Positions 16,988 to 26,727 of a DNA stretch of 64,000 bases are shown here, in pieces. How positions within the stretch are numbered: position 1 is the first letter of the stretch; every line of letters begins with the position of its first letter. A model generated the notes under the pieces. The model had not been told where the DNA came from and did no database searches. It saw only the letters and a list, made by a program, of their open reading frames with translations. The stretch is from a virus (Duplodnaviria; Heunggongvirae; Uroviricota; Caudoviricetes): IMG/VR virus record IMGVR_UViG_3300035698_025354; one strand, 5' to 3'. The position numbers and the translations under genes were made by a program.

Positions 16988-17271
16988 TGGATATTGAAAG
17001 ACAATTTAGTAATTTGAGGAATAAATTTGAGGTGTCTAACCATGCTTTTATTAATAAAATCGCGGCTGGTGTTGCTGATGAAATTAATGAAGTAGATGGT
17101 TTAAATGTTAAGTCATCTGGAAAAACATCTGATGGTGGTGTTATTAAGATGAATTTATCTGGATCTATGATTACTAAGGATTCAGACAGGCATCAAGAAG
17201 TCAGTGATGAAGTTAGGCGGATTCTTGATAAATTAAAAAATCCAGCTTATTTGTTGTCATTGATTAAATAG
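16987..17271 (+). CDS. hypothetical protein
   Basis: 94 aa, start overlaps the upstream stop (ATGA). Confidence 0.4.
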   Translation: MDIERQFSNLRNKFEVSNHAFINKIAAGVADEINEVDGLNVKSSGKTSDGGVIKMNLSGSMITKDSDRHQEVSDEVRRILDKLKNPAYLLSLIK

Positions 17272-17279
17272 GTATTATT

Positions 17280-18158
17280 TTGCCAATTTACGATTTTAAT
17301 TCTGATTTTTCTGTCAATGGGCTTAAACATAATGTTTCTCCCAATATGGCACCTGATGGGTTGAGAGAACCACCAGCTATGCGGCAGTTGTCTCATGCTG
17401 AAGGTGGAAGGAATCCATTTGATGGTTCTGATTTTTTGGCATATAAGAGTCATCTTGAAGAATTTGTAACTCCTGCTTTTAGGGCTCTTGATGATGCTAT
17501 GAAGCAATATTGGACTGGTATTAGGGTTCCTACTAAGGATTCATATAGGTTTTTGAGGGTTAAAATTGCTGGTGGTGATAAAAGCTTGTTAATATGGGCT
17601 GATGATATTAAAGAAGGTAGGGCTAGAATGCCTGTTGCTGCTCTTAGCAGAGATTCACATAAATTTAATCCTGAGAAATATAGTCCTAGATATCATGCTA
17701 TGACTGCTAGATATCTCAGCACGAGGGGTGATCAGGTTGCTAGGGTGTTTAGACCTGTACCGTTCTTGGTTGATTATAATATGATTATTTGGACTGAGAG
17801 TAAGCGTGATGCTGAATATGTTTTATATCAGACTTTAACACGGTTTAACCCTCTCGCTGAATTTAGGATGTTTGATGGCAAGGTTGAGGGAAATATACAG
17901 TTACAATTCAATGGTTCAACTGACGCTAGTGATAAAGAAGCGGGGCATGATCAGAATGCAAAAGTACGGTATGAAGTTTCTATGACAGCTGAGGCTTGGT
18001 TGCCATTACCAGAGCAGATTGTACCAACTGTTCTTGGTAGAGTAATGTCATTACAGGAAAAATCTGGAGAAATCCTTGCAGCATCTAAGGTACAATCTAC
18101 TGGAGCGGCTGGTGGCAATATGTGGTATGAGCCTATCCAAGATCCCAACAAAATATAA
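17280..18158 (+). CDS. putative tail completion / sheath stabiliser protein (gp15-like position)
   Basis: 292 aa immediately upstream of the sheath module. Size and position fit T4 gp15-type tail terminators. Sequence similarity not verified. Confidence 0.3.
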   Translation: MPIYDFNSDFSVNGLKHNVSPNMAPDGLREPPAMRQLSHAEGGRNPFDGSDFLAYKSHLEEFVTPAFRALDDAMKQYWTGIRVPTKDSYRFLRVKIAGGDKSLLIWADDIKEGRARMPVAALSRDSHKFNPEKYSPRYHAMTARYLSTRGDQVARVFRPVPFLVDYNMIIWTESKRDAEYVLYQTLTRFNPLAEFRMFDGKVEGNIQLQFNGSTDASDKEAGHDQNAKVRYEVSMTAEAWLPLPEQIVPTVLGRVMSLQEKSGEILAASKVQSTGAAGGNMWYEPIQDPNKI

Positions 18159-18172
18159 TATGGAGAATTAAA

Positions 18173-18430
18173 ATGGCCGGAAAACAAAAGTCTCATGTTG
18201 TGAAAATTTACAATTGTTCGAATCAAATGATTCCAATTCAGGTTCGAGCACCAAACAGTGATTTTTACAGTAATGAGCAACAAATTCGTGTTATGCCCGG
18301 CAGAGACACATTATTACCAAAATCTCATTTGCGGTTTGAACAGATTGAAAATCTTAAAGCCAAAAGAATGATTAAAATTGTTTATGATAGTGAAGAACAG
18401 GCAGAACGTGACACAGCACTTATTTCCTAA
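18173..18430 (+). CDS. hypothetical small protein
   Basis: 85 aa, GGAGAAT upstream. Confidence 0.4.
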   Translation: MAGKQKSHVVKIYNCSNQMIPIQVRAPNSDFYSNEQQIRVMPGRDTLLPKSHLRFEQIENLKAKRMIKIVYDSEEQAERDTALIS

Positions 18431-18486
18431 TAATAAGGTCGTGTCAAAAATAATCGTGAGAAAACATCAACCGGAGTTATAAAAAT

Positions 18487-21357
18487 ATGTCAGTATTCCT
18501 AAGCCCAGGCGTTTTTCCACGAGAAATCGACCTAAGTGTATTACCAACAAGTATTGGTCCATTACGACCAGGATTTCTTGGGACAGCCAAAAAAGGCCCA
18601 TTAAATGTCCCAATCCTGGTTACTAATGCAACCCAATATGTTGAAACATTCGGCAATCCATTCCCAGAAATTTATCTTGGGTATGCTGTTATGGCATACT
18701 TGGAAGAAGGAAACGCATGCTATGTAATGCGTGTTGGGATTGAATGCGAAACAGGGCAACCATCCTCGTTATCAAGTGTCTGCGTTGATACTTCAGGCAA
18801 TAGAGGTGCTGGGTGGGGCAGAATCCCATTATTCTCCGGTATCGATTATGGTAGAATCGATTTACGAACGATTGGCGATGGAACAGATGATAATCCTGAG
18901 CCGTTGACCTTCCATGATGCAGAAATAGAAAATATTGATTACACTGATGTTGAAGTTTCAACAACTGATGGTGCAACAACTGCAACGTTAAATACCTTTG
19001 GTGCTTATAATGGATCGATTGATGATTCATTCGTTATGATCATTACAAGCCCGCCAGGTTTGTCTGATGTCGCGTCGGTTTCTGGTGCCGAATATCAAAT
19101 CGTTAGAAATAGCGACGGTGAAATTGTTGCTGAAGGTACGCTGACCGATGATGCAGCAGACGGAACATCGCAATTTATTCCAGTCGGAACAAGCGGATTT
19201 TCAATTCAAGTCGAAGTAACTTCTGGTGTTTTAGACACTAATGATACTTTCACTTGGTCTGTGAAGCCCGATAATAGAGATTTTTCTATTTCTGTTGATG
19301 GTGGTGTTGCAAATTCTTACTCCATGCTGGCTGCTTCATACACAACTGTTTCATCATTCATCACAGCTGCTAATGCACTTCTCAGTAGTGAAGATTATCA
19401 ATTTGTTGAATATACCTTAAGTGACGGTGTCACAATTATTCCGCAAATCAGATCAACCATTTCTGGTGAGAGAATCCAATTGATGACAACTCAGGGTTTT
19501 GCTCTTGAAGTTGGCACTCAACAATATGCGTGGGATATTCCAAGAGCTTATTTGATTGGTACTGATCAAGGCCCGTATGATATTACTACGCAAAATAGTC
19601 GTGTTAAAATTAATATCATTGGCTCTGAAGAGACCGAAGAAGTTGAATTTAATATTCCATCTGGTCTTGCACAAACCACTGAGGCAATTGCTCCTATTGT
19701 TGATGCTGCTGGTGTTGTTGCTGGTGATGTTGTTTGGAACGCTTATTCCCTGACAATCCCCGGTGGTGCTACTCATTTGGTGATTGAAACTTCTTCTTCG
19801 CATCAGCTTGATACTATTGAGATGTTATCAAACTACTCAAATATTAAGACTCTTCGGTTTGCTGAAGAATTTAATATCACATATCCCTACAAGGGAACAT
19901 ATCGTGGGTTTGTTGATAATAGGGTTACTTTACCAGCTTCTGGTGAAAATGATTCTTCAACACCATTGTCTTGTGAAACTGACTCTAGTAGCACTACTTG
20001 TACTAATGACACAACATACTTTGCTAATATTGTTGGATGGTTAGTTGCACCATCTGCTGGTACATGGATGGCTGGTATTACTGCCACTCTTTCACTTTAC
20101 ACACAAGGTCTTGGTGATGCGTCCGGTAGGTATTCGTTAGCACTAACTGGTGTTAATGGTGAAGCATTGGATTTTATTGAGGATATTAGCTTCGATAAGC
20201 GAGAAGATCGTTATGTTGGTAAGGTTATTAATCCCGGTACTAAATATGGTGGTACTAATGGTAATTCATTTGTGAATTGGGATGAACGTCCAGCATTCTT
20301 AAATAATGATGCTAATACATTATCCACTTTTGCTGTTAGACAACCATCGCAGTTTGCTGGGAAAGCATTTACTGGAATGGCTAATGGTATTCCAACTGAT
20401 CCGGCTTACTCCAGTGAGTTGGATGCGGCAATTATTGGTAATCCAGCACTTTCTACTGGATTGTATGCCTTTCAAAACCCTGAATCGATCGACATTAATT
20501 TATTGTTAACTCCTGGTTTTTCGACTGGGGCTGTTATCGGAACCGCCCTGCAGTTGTGTGAAAGCCGTGGTGATGTTCTTTACATTGTCGATCCTCCTTT
20601 TGGTCTTCGTCCTCAACAGGCTGTTGATTGGCATAATGGTATGCTATTGTCGGACTTAAGAGCTGCTATTAATAGTAGTTATGGTGCCATGTACTGGGGA
20701 TGGTTAAGAATTTACGATCAATTTAATTCTATTGAAATGTGGGTTCCTCCTAGTGGTCATGTTTCTGCTGTATTCAGTAGAACTGCTCGTGAGGCAGAAC
20801 AATGGGCAGCTCCTGCTGGCTTAAGACGTGGTAAACTCTTGACTGCTCTTGATGTTGAATTTTCACCAACACAGGGTGAACGTGATTTGCTTTATGGTTC
20901 CGGAAATGCTGTGAATCCGATTGTTAAATTCCCTCAGGATGGAATTGTTGTTTACGGTCAGCGTACTTTGCAACGTACACAATCTGCTTTGGATCGTGTA
21001 AATGTTAGAATGTTGATGACCTTTGTTAAGAAAAATCTTGTTCAGCTTTTAAGAAATTACATCTTTGAACCAAATGATAAGATTTTGTGGCGTCAAGTTC
21101 AATCGACAATTGAACCATTTTTGTCTGATATTCAGTCTAGGCGTGGACTTTCCGCGTATCGTGTTATTGTTGATGAGACTAATAATACTGCTGAGAGGCA
21201 AGATAGGAATGAATTGTGGGTATCGGTATTCTTAAAGCCGACTCGGACTGTGGAATTTGTTGTTTTAAACCTCGTTGTTTTAAGAACGGGTGCATCCTTT
21301 TCAGCTGAAGAAGTTCTCGCGGTTGGTGGGATTGTTGATTCTCAAACTTCAACTTAA
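18487..21357 (+). CDS. contractile tail sheath protein
   Basis: 956 aa. The conserved sheath C-terminal domain (NPIVKFPQDGIVVYGQRTLQ...LDRVNVRMLMTFVKKNL...) is recognisable. GGAG 7 nt upstream. Confidence 0.85.
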   Translation: MSVFLSPGVFPREIDLSVLPTSIGPLRPGFLGTAKKGPLNVPILVTNATQYVETFGNPFPEIYLGYAVMAYLEEGNACYVMRVGIECETGQPSSLSSVCVDTSGNRGAGWGRIPLFSGIDYGRIDLRTIGDGTDDNPEPLTFHDAEIENIDYTDVEVSTTDGATTATLNTFGAYNGSIDDSFVMIITSPPGLSDVASVSGAEYQIVRNSDGEIVAEGTLTDDAADGTSQFIPVGTSGFSIQVEVTSGVLDTNDTFTWSVKPDNRDFSISVDGGVANSYSMLAASYTTVSSFITAANALLSSEDYQFVEYTLSDGVTIIPQIRSTISGERIQLMTTQGFALEVGTQQYAWDIPRAYLIGTDQGPYDITTQNSRVKINIIGSEETEEVEFNIPSGLAQTTEAIAPIVDAAGVVAGDVVWNAYSLTIPGGATHLVIETSSSHQLDTIEMLSNYSNIKTLRFAEEFNITYPYKGTYRGFVDNRVTLPASGENDSSTPLSCETDSSSTTCTNDTTYFANIVGWLVAPSAGTWMAGITATLSLYTQGLGDASGRYSLALTGVNGEALDFIEDISFDKREDRYVGKVINPGTKYGGTNGNSFVNWDERPAFLNNDANTLSTFAVRQPSQFAGKAFTGMANGIPTDPAYSSELDAAIIGNPALSTGLYAFQNPESIDINLLLTPGFSTGAVIGTALQLCESRGDVLYIVDPPFGLRPQQAVDWHNGMLLSDLRAAINSSYGAMYWGWLRIYDQFNSIEMWVPPSGHVSAVFSRTAREAEQWAAPAGLRRGKLLTALDVEFSPTQGERDLLYGSGNAVNPIVKFPQDGIVVYGQRTLQRTQSALDRVNVRMLMTFVKKNLVQLLRNYIFEPNDKILWRQVQSTIEPFLSDIQSRRGLSAYRVIVDETNNTAERQDRNELWVSVFLKPTRTVEFVVLNLVVLRTGASFSAEEVLAVGGIVDSQTST

Positions 21358-21365
21358 TGATAAAG

Positions 21366-21400
21366 GAAAGCCGGGGAAATGCCTCCGGCTTTCTTTGTCA
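21366..21400 (+). terminator. rho-independent terminator after the sheath gene
   Basis: Stem gaaagccgg / ccggctttc with a short loop, followed by TTTGTC. Confidence 0.55.
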
Positions 21401-21447
21401 AAGATACTTTAGTAACACATTAAGTTATTTGCTAAGGGAGATGGGTA

Positions 21448-22047
21448 GTGCCAGGATTTAATATAAACCCTTTCGGCGGAGGTTATTCTGCTCAGGGACC
21501 ATCAAATACAGTTGAAGTTCGAAGAAAGCATCGTTGGGTTTTTGAAACACTTGGACGTGGGACAGGTCAATTCTCACAATCCGAATTGTTAGTCTTGCAA
21601 TCAGCGTCAAGACCAAGTTTCAAATTCGAAGAACCAGAAATGCATCATAATCAGGAAGTTGCTCGTTTTGCTGGTAAGCAAGACTGGGACCCTGTTACTT
21701 TGGTGTGGTATGATGTTGAACAAGACCCAGATATTTCTCGTGGTATTTATCATTGGGTCGAGACGGTTGTCAACATGCAGTCTATGTCTGTTGCCCATCC
21801 AAGATTTTACAAGAAAACAGCTAGTTTATTGATGGTTGACGGTTCCGGTCAGACATCAGAGCAATGGTCTATGATGGGAACTTGGCCAGCTGCCTCTAAT
21901 TGGCAAGAATTGGATTACACATCGACTGATTTACTTACTCTTGAATGTACAATGCGTTATGATCGTGCGGTAAGGTCAAGATCCGATGGGTCTTGTGTTC
22001 AGGCTCCAGCTCCTGTTCCAATTACACCTAATTGTCCGCAATTTTAA
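21448..22047 (+). CDS. tail tube protein (paralog 1)
   Basis: 199 aa, GTG start with GGGAG upstream. The MPGFNI N-terminus and W..YD core are shared with the two downstream paralogs. Directly follows the sheath and is flanked by terminators. Confidence 0.6.
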   Translation: MPGFNINPFGGGYSAQGPSNTVEVRRKHRWVFETLGRGTGQFSQSELLVLQSASRPSFKFEEPEMHHNQEVARFAGKQDWDPVTLVWYDVEQDPDISRGIYHWVETVVNMQSMSVAHPRFYKKTASLLMVDGSGQTSEQWSMMGTWPAASNWQELDYTSTDLLTLECTMRYDRAVRSRSDGSCVQAPAPVPITPNCPQF

Positions 22048-22083
22048 CATAACTTCCGCTGGTGGGCAGTTGTGATTAATATA

Positions 22084-22120
22084 GATGGGAATCTTCTTTT
22101 TGAAGATTCCCATCTTTCGT
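22084..22120 (+). terminator. rho-independent terminator
   Basis: Perfect 13 bp stem gatgggaatcttc / gaagattcccatc, loop ttttt, then TTTCGT. Confidence 0.6.
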
Positions 22121-22132
22121 AGATAGATTATC

Positions 22133-22714
22133 ATGCCAGGATTTAATATTCAAATTAGTGGTGACTGTCACGATGAAAATGCGTGGCAAGTCAATTCAGC
22201 ATTTCAAGGTCCAGCTTATAATATTGAGACCGCCAGGTCACATAGATATGCATTAGAAATATTGCAACCATTATCTAACAGTAATGGCAATCTATTGTTA
22301 TTCCTAGCAAAGTGTTCTAGGCCATCTGCTGAAATAGATGAAATAAAAGTACATAATGGTCAAGATGAAATATTCAGACCAGGCAAACAACACTGGAGAC
22401 CAATAGAATTCACATTTTATGAGGTGTTAAAAAACACTGGCGATACATCAGAAGATATGGCCGCTAAACTTATTCATGAATGGTGGTCTGAAAATTGTGT
22501 TGATATTCGTAATTCTAGAATATTACCACCGGATCAATTCACTTCTGATGCACAATTAGATATGTTAGATGGTGCTGGTAATTCGGTTTGGACTTATGAT
22601 ATTTATAGATCATGGCCATCGAAAATATCACCATCAGATCTTGATTATTCTAGTAGTGAAATAGCCAGAATATCTGTTACCTTAAAGTATGATAAAGCTA
22701 TTGAAAGGAAATAA
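22133..22714 (+). CDS. tail tube-family protein (paralog 2)
   Basis: 193 aa. MPGFNIQ N-terminus. Shares segments with paralogs 1 and 3. Confidence 0.5.
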   Translation: MPGFNIQISGDCHDENAWQVNSAFQGPAYNIETARSHRYALEILQPLSNSNGNLLLFLAKCSRPSAEIDEIKVHNGQDEIFRPGKQHWRPIEFTFYEVLKNTGDTSEDMAAKLIHEWWSENCVDIRNSRILPPDQFTSDAQLDMLDGAGNSVWTYDIYRSWPSKISPSDLDYSSSEIARISVTLKYDKAIERK

Positions 22715-22719
22715 ATTTA

Positions 22720-23295
22720 ATGCCCGGATTTGTTGTTAATGGCGTTGGTGGGAATGGTAATTCGGCAAAAGCTACTGAAACATATTATTATACATACACA
22801 TGGGAAATTAAGAATATTTTTGGTGATAATGATGACGCACTAATTAATGCTAAAGATATGACATTACCAGTATTTAATGTTTCAAAAGAAAATGTGCCTG
22901 GAGCGTCATTAGAATATAAATTTGCAAAATCTGTGAATTGGGATGATATTAAAATAAGCTGGTATGATACTGTCGGTATGATAGATGTTATAAGAAGATG
23001 GCGAGAAAGTGTTTGGACACCCAATAGTGGATTACAACCAGCGTCTGATTATAAAAAAGAATCGAGAGTTACAACATATTCACCAGATAGAAAAAATGAT
23101 ACCGCAAATGATGTTGATTTTTTGTTGCATAATTCATGGCCATCTATTATAAGACACGGCGATTTGTCTTATACTAATAGTGATATTAAATTGATTGATG
23201 TTACCCTCACTTATGATTGGGCTGAGGAATATTCACAAATTGTTTCTGGTGGCTTTCCAACCGGGACTTTTTCTAATCTTGCGAACTTTCCTTAA
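22720..23295 (+). CDS. tail tube-family protein (paralog 3)
   Basis: 191 aa. MPGFVVNGVGG N-terminus and a SWYDTVG core. Confidence 0.5.
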   Translation: MPGFVVNGVGGNGNSAKATETYYYTYTWEIKNIFGDNDDALINAKDMTLPVFNVSKENVPGASLEYKFAKSVNWDDIKISWYDTVGMIDVIRRWRESVWTPNSGLQPASDYKKESRVTTYSPDRKNDTANDVDFLLHNSWPSIIRHGDLSYTNSDIKLIDVTLTYDWAEEYSQIVSGGFPTGTFSNLANFP

Positions 23296-23689
23296 AATAT
23301 TTTGCAATAAATTCTACTCCACATATAAATTTATTTAAACTTTGTTGTGAATTTATATTGTATGATGAATTATTTATAAAATTTTTTATATAAATAGCTT
23401 GATGTAATTTTTTAACACTGCATTTTTCATTGACAATATGTGATTTTGATATTTGTGATAAATCAGTATAAAATATTCCAGATAATTTTATTCTTACTTT
23501 ACATTTATCGAAAAAAATAAAAAATGCTGAATATCCACAATTAAGTACCTCATAATCATCGTTGATGACATTAATTATTAAAAATTCGCTTGGTAATTTA
23601 TTGATTATTGCCTTTACGATATTGTTCATAAAATTTTTAATACTCCATGTGCTTTTAAAATATTTTGAGATAGTACATAATATTGCCAC
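23273..23689 (-). CDS. hypothetical protein, very AT-rich (Asn/Lys/Ile/Phe-rich)
   Basis: 138 aa ORF on the opposite strand inside the tail module. Composition distinct from its neighbours. Confidence 0.3.
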   Translation of the reverse strand: MAILCTISKYFKSTWSIKNFMNNIVKAIINKLPSEFLIINVINDDYEVLNCGYSAFFIFFDKCKVRIKLSGIFYTDLSQISKSHIVNEKCSVKKLHQAIYIKNFINNSSYNINSQQSLNKFICGVEFIAKYFKESSQD

Positions 23690-23725
23690 ATTTTACATTG
23701 TACTTTTAATTGGATTTGTACACTC

Positions 23726-24796
23726 ATGACAATTGAAGATGATCAAAACGAGTCGCAAGACGAAGAATTAGATTTAGATGGTTCTGTTGAAAATAATAAA
23801 CCAGAAAAATTAGCTGAGGGTTCTGAGGGTTCTGAGGGTTCTGAGGGTTCTAAGGATTTTGTTGGTAAGCTTGAATCACATCATCATGATCTTTCTGATC
23901 TGATTAAACCTGGTGCTACGGCTGAAGAAATTATCAATATTATTGATAGTGTTCCACACGATACTTTGATCCCGTGGGAAGAATGCCATTTACCATCTAT
24001 GGGTTATTATTACGGTTGGCCAGATGGTATTATCAAAGTAAGAGCTATGGGTCAGCAGGCGGAAAAAATTCTTACAACACAACGCCTTGCAAAAACTGGT
24101 CAATCTATTGATCATCTTTTTCAAGAATGTTGCCAATTCCCAGATGGATTTTCTTCCAGCGATCTTTTAGTTGGTGATAGAACATTTTTACTTTATTTCT
24201 TGCGTGGTGTTACCCATGGAAATATGTATGAATTTGCTGTTACTTGTCCAAATGAGGAATGTGAGACAACAAACACTCATGTTTATGATTTGAATGATCT
24301 GCAATCATCCATTACGCCAGCACGAGCAGATATTGGTAATGAGCCATTCAAAGTCACACTACCATTTCTATCTGAGTTGTTTAAGAAGGATATTTGGGTT
24401 GAAGTAAAATTCCTACGAGCATATGATACAAATGATATAGTTGCTCGTAGGAGAATTAGAGATAAAACATTTAAGAAGCGTGGTGGTATTAAGTCTAAGA
24501 CGAAATCTGTTGACCCACGTGAGCAAGTTTCTCAAAATGTTATTTATAGTGATGCTCTTGACAATAACATGGATAAAATGATTGTCAGCTTTTTAGGTGA
24601 TCCAGACCGTTTGAAAATAAGGAGTTTAATTTCTAAGCTGCATTCTAGAGATACGTCTGCTATTAGGGAGTGGATGCGTGAAAACACCCCCGGTATTGAT
24701 ACCTCTATCGAGATTGTTTGTCCAGATTGTGGGCATGAGTTTAAAATGGAGCTTCCGATTACGGAAGACTTTTTTCGCTCGACAAAGCGGAGATGA
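23726..24796 (+). CDS. hypothetical protein with (EGS)4 repeat and C-terminal zinc ribbons
   Basis: 356 aa. Acidic N-terminus. EGSEGSEGSEGS from (GAGGGTTCT)4 at 23816-23851. CPNEEC and CPDCGHEF Cys pairs. Confidence 0.5.
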   Translation: MTIEDDQNESQDEELDLDGSVENNKPEKLAEGSEGSEGSEGSKDFVGKLESHHHDLSDLIKPGATAEEIINIIDSVPHDTLIPWEECHLPSMGYYYGWPDGIIKVRAMGQQAEKILTTQRLAKTGQSIDHLFQECCQFPDGFSSSDLLVGDRTFLLYFLRGVTHGNMYEFAVTCPNEECETTNTHVYDLNDLQSSITPARADIGNEPFKVTLPFLSELFKKDIWVEVKFLRAYDTNDIVARRRIRDKTFKKRGGIKSKTKSVDPREQVSQNVIYSDALDNNMDKMIVSFLGDPDRLKIRSLISKLHSRDTSAIREWMRENTPGIDTSIEIVCPDCGHEFKMELPITEDFFRSTKRR

Positions 24797-24971
24797 ATTA
24801 GATAGAGCTTATTTTGGCATTCTTGAGCAACAATTTCAGTTGAAACAATATGGCAATTTGTCGTTGTTTGAACAAGAAACTTTAATTGCTGAAGATAGGG
24901 CCTGGTGGATGAGAAGACTTGAAAAGGAAGCTAAAGAAAAACAAGAAGCACAAAATAAAAACCAACGATAA
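24735..24971 (+). CDS. small hypothetical protein (start uncertain)
   Basis: Frame overlaps the 3' end of the previous gene. K/E-rich helical tail. The start could be anywhere between 24678 and ~24800. Confidence 0.25.
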   Translation: MSLKWSFRLRKTFFARQSGDELDRAYFGILEQQFQLKQYGNLSLFEQETLIAEDRAWWMRRLEKEAKEKQEAQNKNQR

Positions 24972-24987
24972 CTTTTGAGGAATATTC

Positions 24988-25788
24988 ATGGAAACGACTA
25001 GAAGAAATTTTATTTGTAGTTCTATCGCAGCTTCTATCTCTATCCCTGCCTTTGGTTTAAGTGAACTTTCTGATGCTGCTGAAAGTCATCAAAATAGCCT
25101 CACTTATGAAGGGCTTGAGACTTTAGAAAACAATCAATTGAGAAAGAATCCAAAATTTGTTAGAAAATTGGTTTCTTATTTTAAAAATAATGAATTTTTA
25201 AAAGATATTGGTATTCAACCTGTTTCAATTGTGAAATATAATCAAGAGTTAAACGATTCAGGCAAATCGGCGGCGTATTACTTAAAAGCCGTTGCTGGTA
25301 ATGAATCATTTAACTTATGGATTGATCGTGCATATGTTGAGCGAGATAGTTCAATATATTTAGAAGATATTGAAAAGCATATTATTAATGTGTTAATTTC
25401 TTCTGCGACTATGAAATCGGATGTATATGGATTTAGGGATAGAGGTCCATTTCTTTCTGATGGGCTTGGTGGTATGGGTAATATTATATCAGCACACTAT
25501 AAAGTATCCGCAACATGTAAAAGGGAACGTAGTGTTGTATATTGCAATGCTTATAATTATAGATTATTATCTGTCCGAAAAATCAAATTATTAAAAAAAC
25601 ATGATATTAATATTAGATGTAATGAGAATATTGATAATGATTCGTTACTTTTGTGTAATTGTGGCGAATCATCCTCATTAGATCATGGGTATATTTTTAT
25701 GCCATGGTATATTGGAGATGATGGGAAATTATTATATCATGGTGAAATTGTTGATGAAAAGCGATTTTGTTTGATTAATATCTTATAA
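24988..25788 (+). CDS. hypothetical exported protein with twin-arginine (Tat)-like signal peptide
   Basis: N-terminus METTRRNFICSSIAASISIPAFG: RR-x-F-I/L followed by a hydrophobic stretch. Confidence 0.45.
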   Translation: METTRRNFICSSIAASISIPAFGLSELSDAAESHQNSLTYEGLETLENNQLRKNPKFVRKLVSYFKNNEFLKDIGIQPVSIVKYNQELNDSGKSAAYYLKAVAGNESFNLWIDRAYVERDSSIYLEDIEKHIINVLISSATMKSDVYGFRDRGPFLSDGLGGMGNIISAHYKVSATCKRERSVVYCNAYNYRLLSVRKIKLLKKHDINIRCNENIDNDSLLLCNCGESSSLDHGYIFMPWYIGDDGKLLYHGEIVDEKRFCLINIL

Positions 25789-25803
25789 TTCTGATTAATA
25801 TTA

Positions 25804-25844
25804 TGATCTCCATAATCAAAAATAATATTAGATTATGGAGATCA
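25804..25844 (+). promoter_or_regulatory. perfect 14 bp inverted repeat hairpin sequestering the SD of gene 25849
   Basis: tgatctccataatc ... gattatggagatca. The GGAG lies inside the 3' arm and is followed by TTTTATG. Confidence 0.4.
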
Positions 25845-25848
25845 TTTT

Positions 25849-26712
25849 ATGTCGTGTTCAGAATTATTAAGTGGTGCTTTTCCAAGAATATCAGCCAGAC
25901 GTGGGCAAGTGGTCGATTTAAATGTCGATTTTTTGCATGGTGGTGTTCTTGACGATCCGTACGCAATACGATATGTTGAAATATACAAATCGCAAGTGCT
26001 GCCACATAATTTAGTTTCTACAATACCTATAACTGATCCAGATAATATATTATACCCATCACCAGCCTGCCAAGATACAGTAGCAACTGCTGTAGGGGAT
26101 TGTGGGACAGAACCAACGGCTGATGAAGATTACCTTGCTGGTAAATATCATCTTCCATTTTCAATTCCAGATGACTTTGAAGCACCAAATGTTTATTTTG
26201 ATGTTTGGTATTATTTTGCTAATGATCCATGTGGAAGTTCTTCTGGTTCAGAATGTGATATTGATTCTGCCGAGAATTCTGCTAAATTAATTAAATGCTG
26301 TCATAGATTTTGGGTTTATCCTGATGAATGGTTTTGTGATGACAGATTGCAAACAATCAGATTTGGATTTGAGCCATTAGATCAAAAATTTCATACTCCA
26401 GAGGTTAGACCATTAGAAATTGGTATTATGCCTCTTCCACTATACGATTATAATTTTAATCTTGTTAATCCGATTATACCATTTTTGCAGCCAACAATCA
26501 CTGTTGAAACACAACATAATGAATTATTAATTAACAATGAAGTATGTACAATTGGCTTACGACAGGGATCTTATCGTTCTAATCCATGGGTTATAAAATA
26601 TGATCTTGATACTACTAGGTTTTTAAAAGGGACATATAGTTACCAGATAAAATTAACCTTACCGAATCAAACTACTATAGTTAGTAGAAAATTCATTTTT
26701 ACTATTTCTTAA
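25849..26712 (+). CDS. Cys-rich hypothetical protein
   Basis: 287 aa with several cysteines (CQD...CGT...CGSSSGSEC...CC...C). Confidence 0.45.
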   Translation: MSCSELLSGAFPRISARRGQVVDLNVDFLHGGVLDDPYAIRYVEIYKSQVLPHNLVSTIPITDPDNILYPSPACQDTVATAVGDCGTEPTADEDYLAGKYHLPFSIPDDFEAPNVYFDVWYYFANDPCGSSSGSECDIDSAENSAKLIKCCHRFWVYPDEWFCDDRLQTIRFGFEPLDQKFHTPEVRPLEIGIMPLPLYDYNFNLVNPIIPFLQPTITVETQHNELLINNEVCTIGLRQGSYRSNPWVIKYDLDTTRFLKGTYSYQIKLTLPNQTTIVSRKFIFTIS

Positions 26713-26727
26713 TAGGTATAATCTAAA

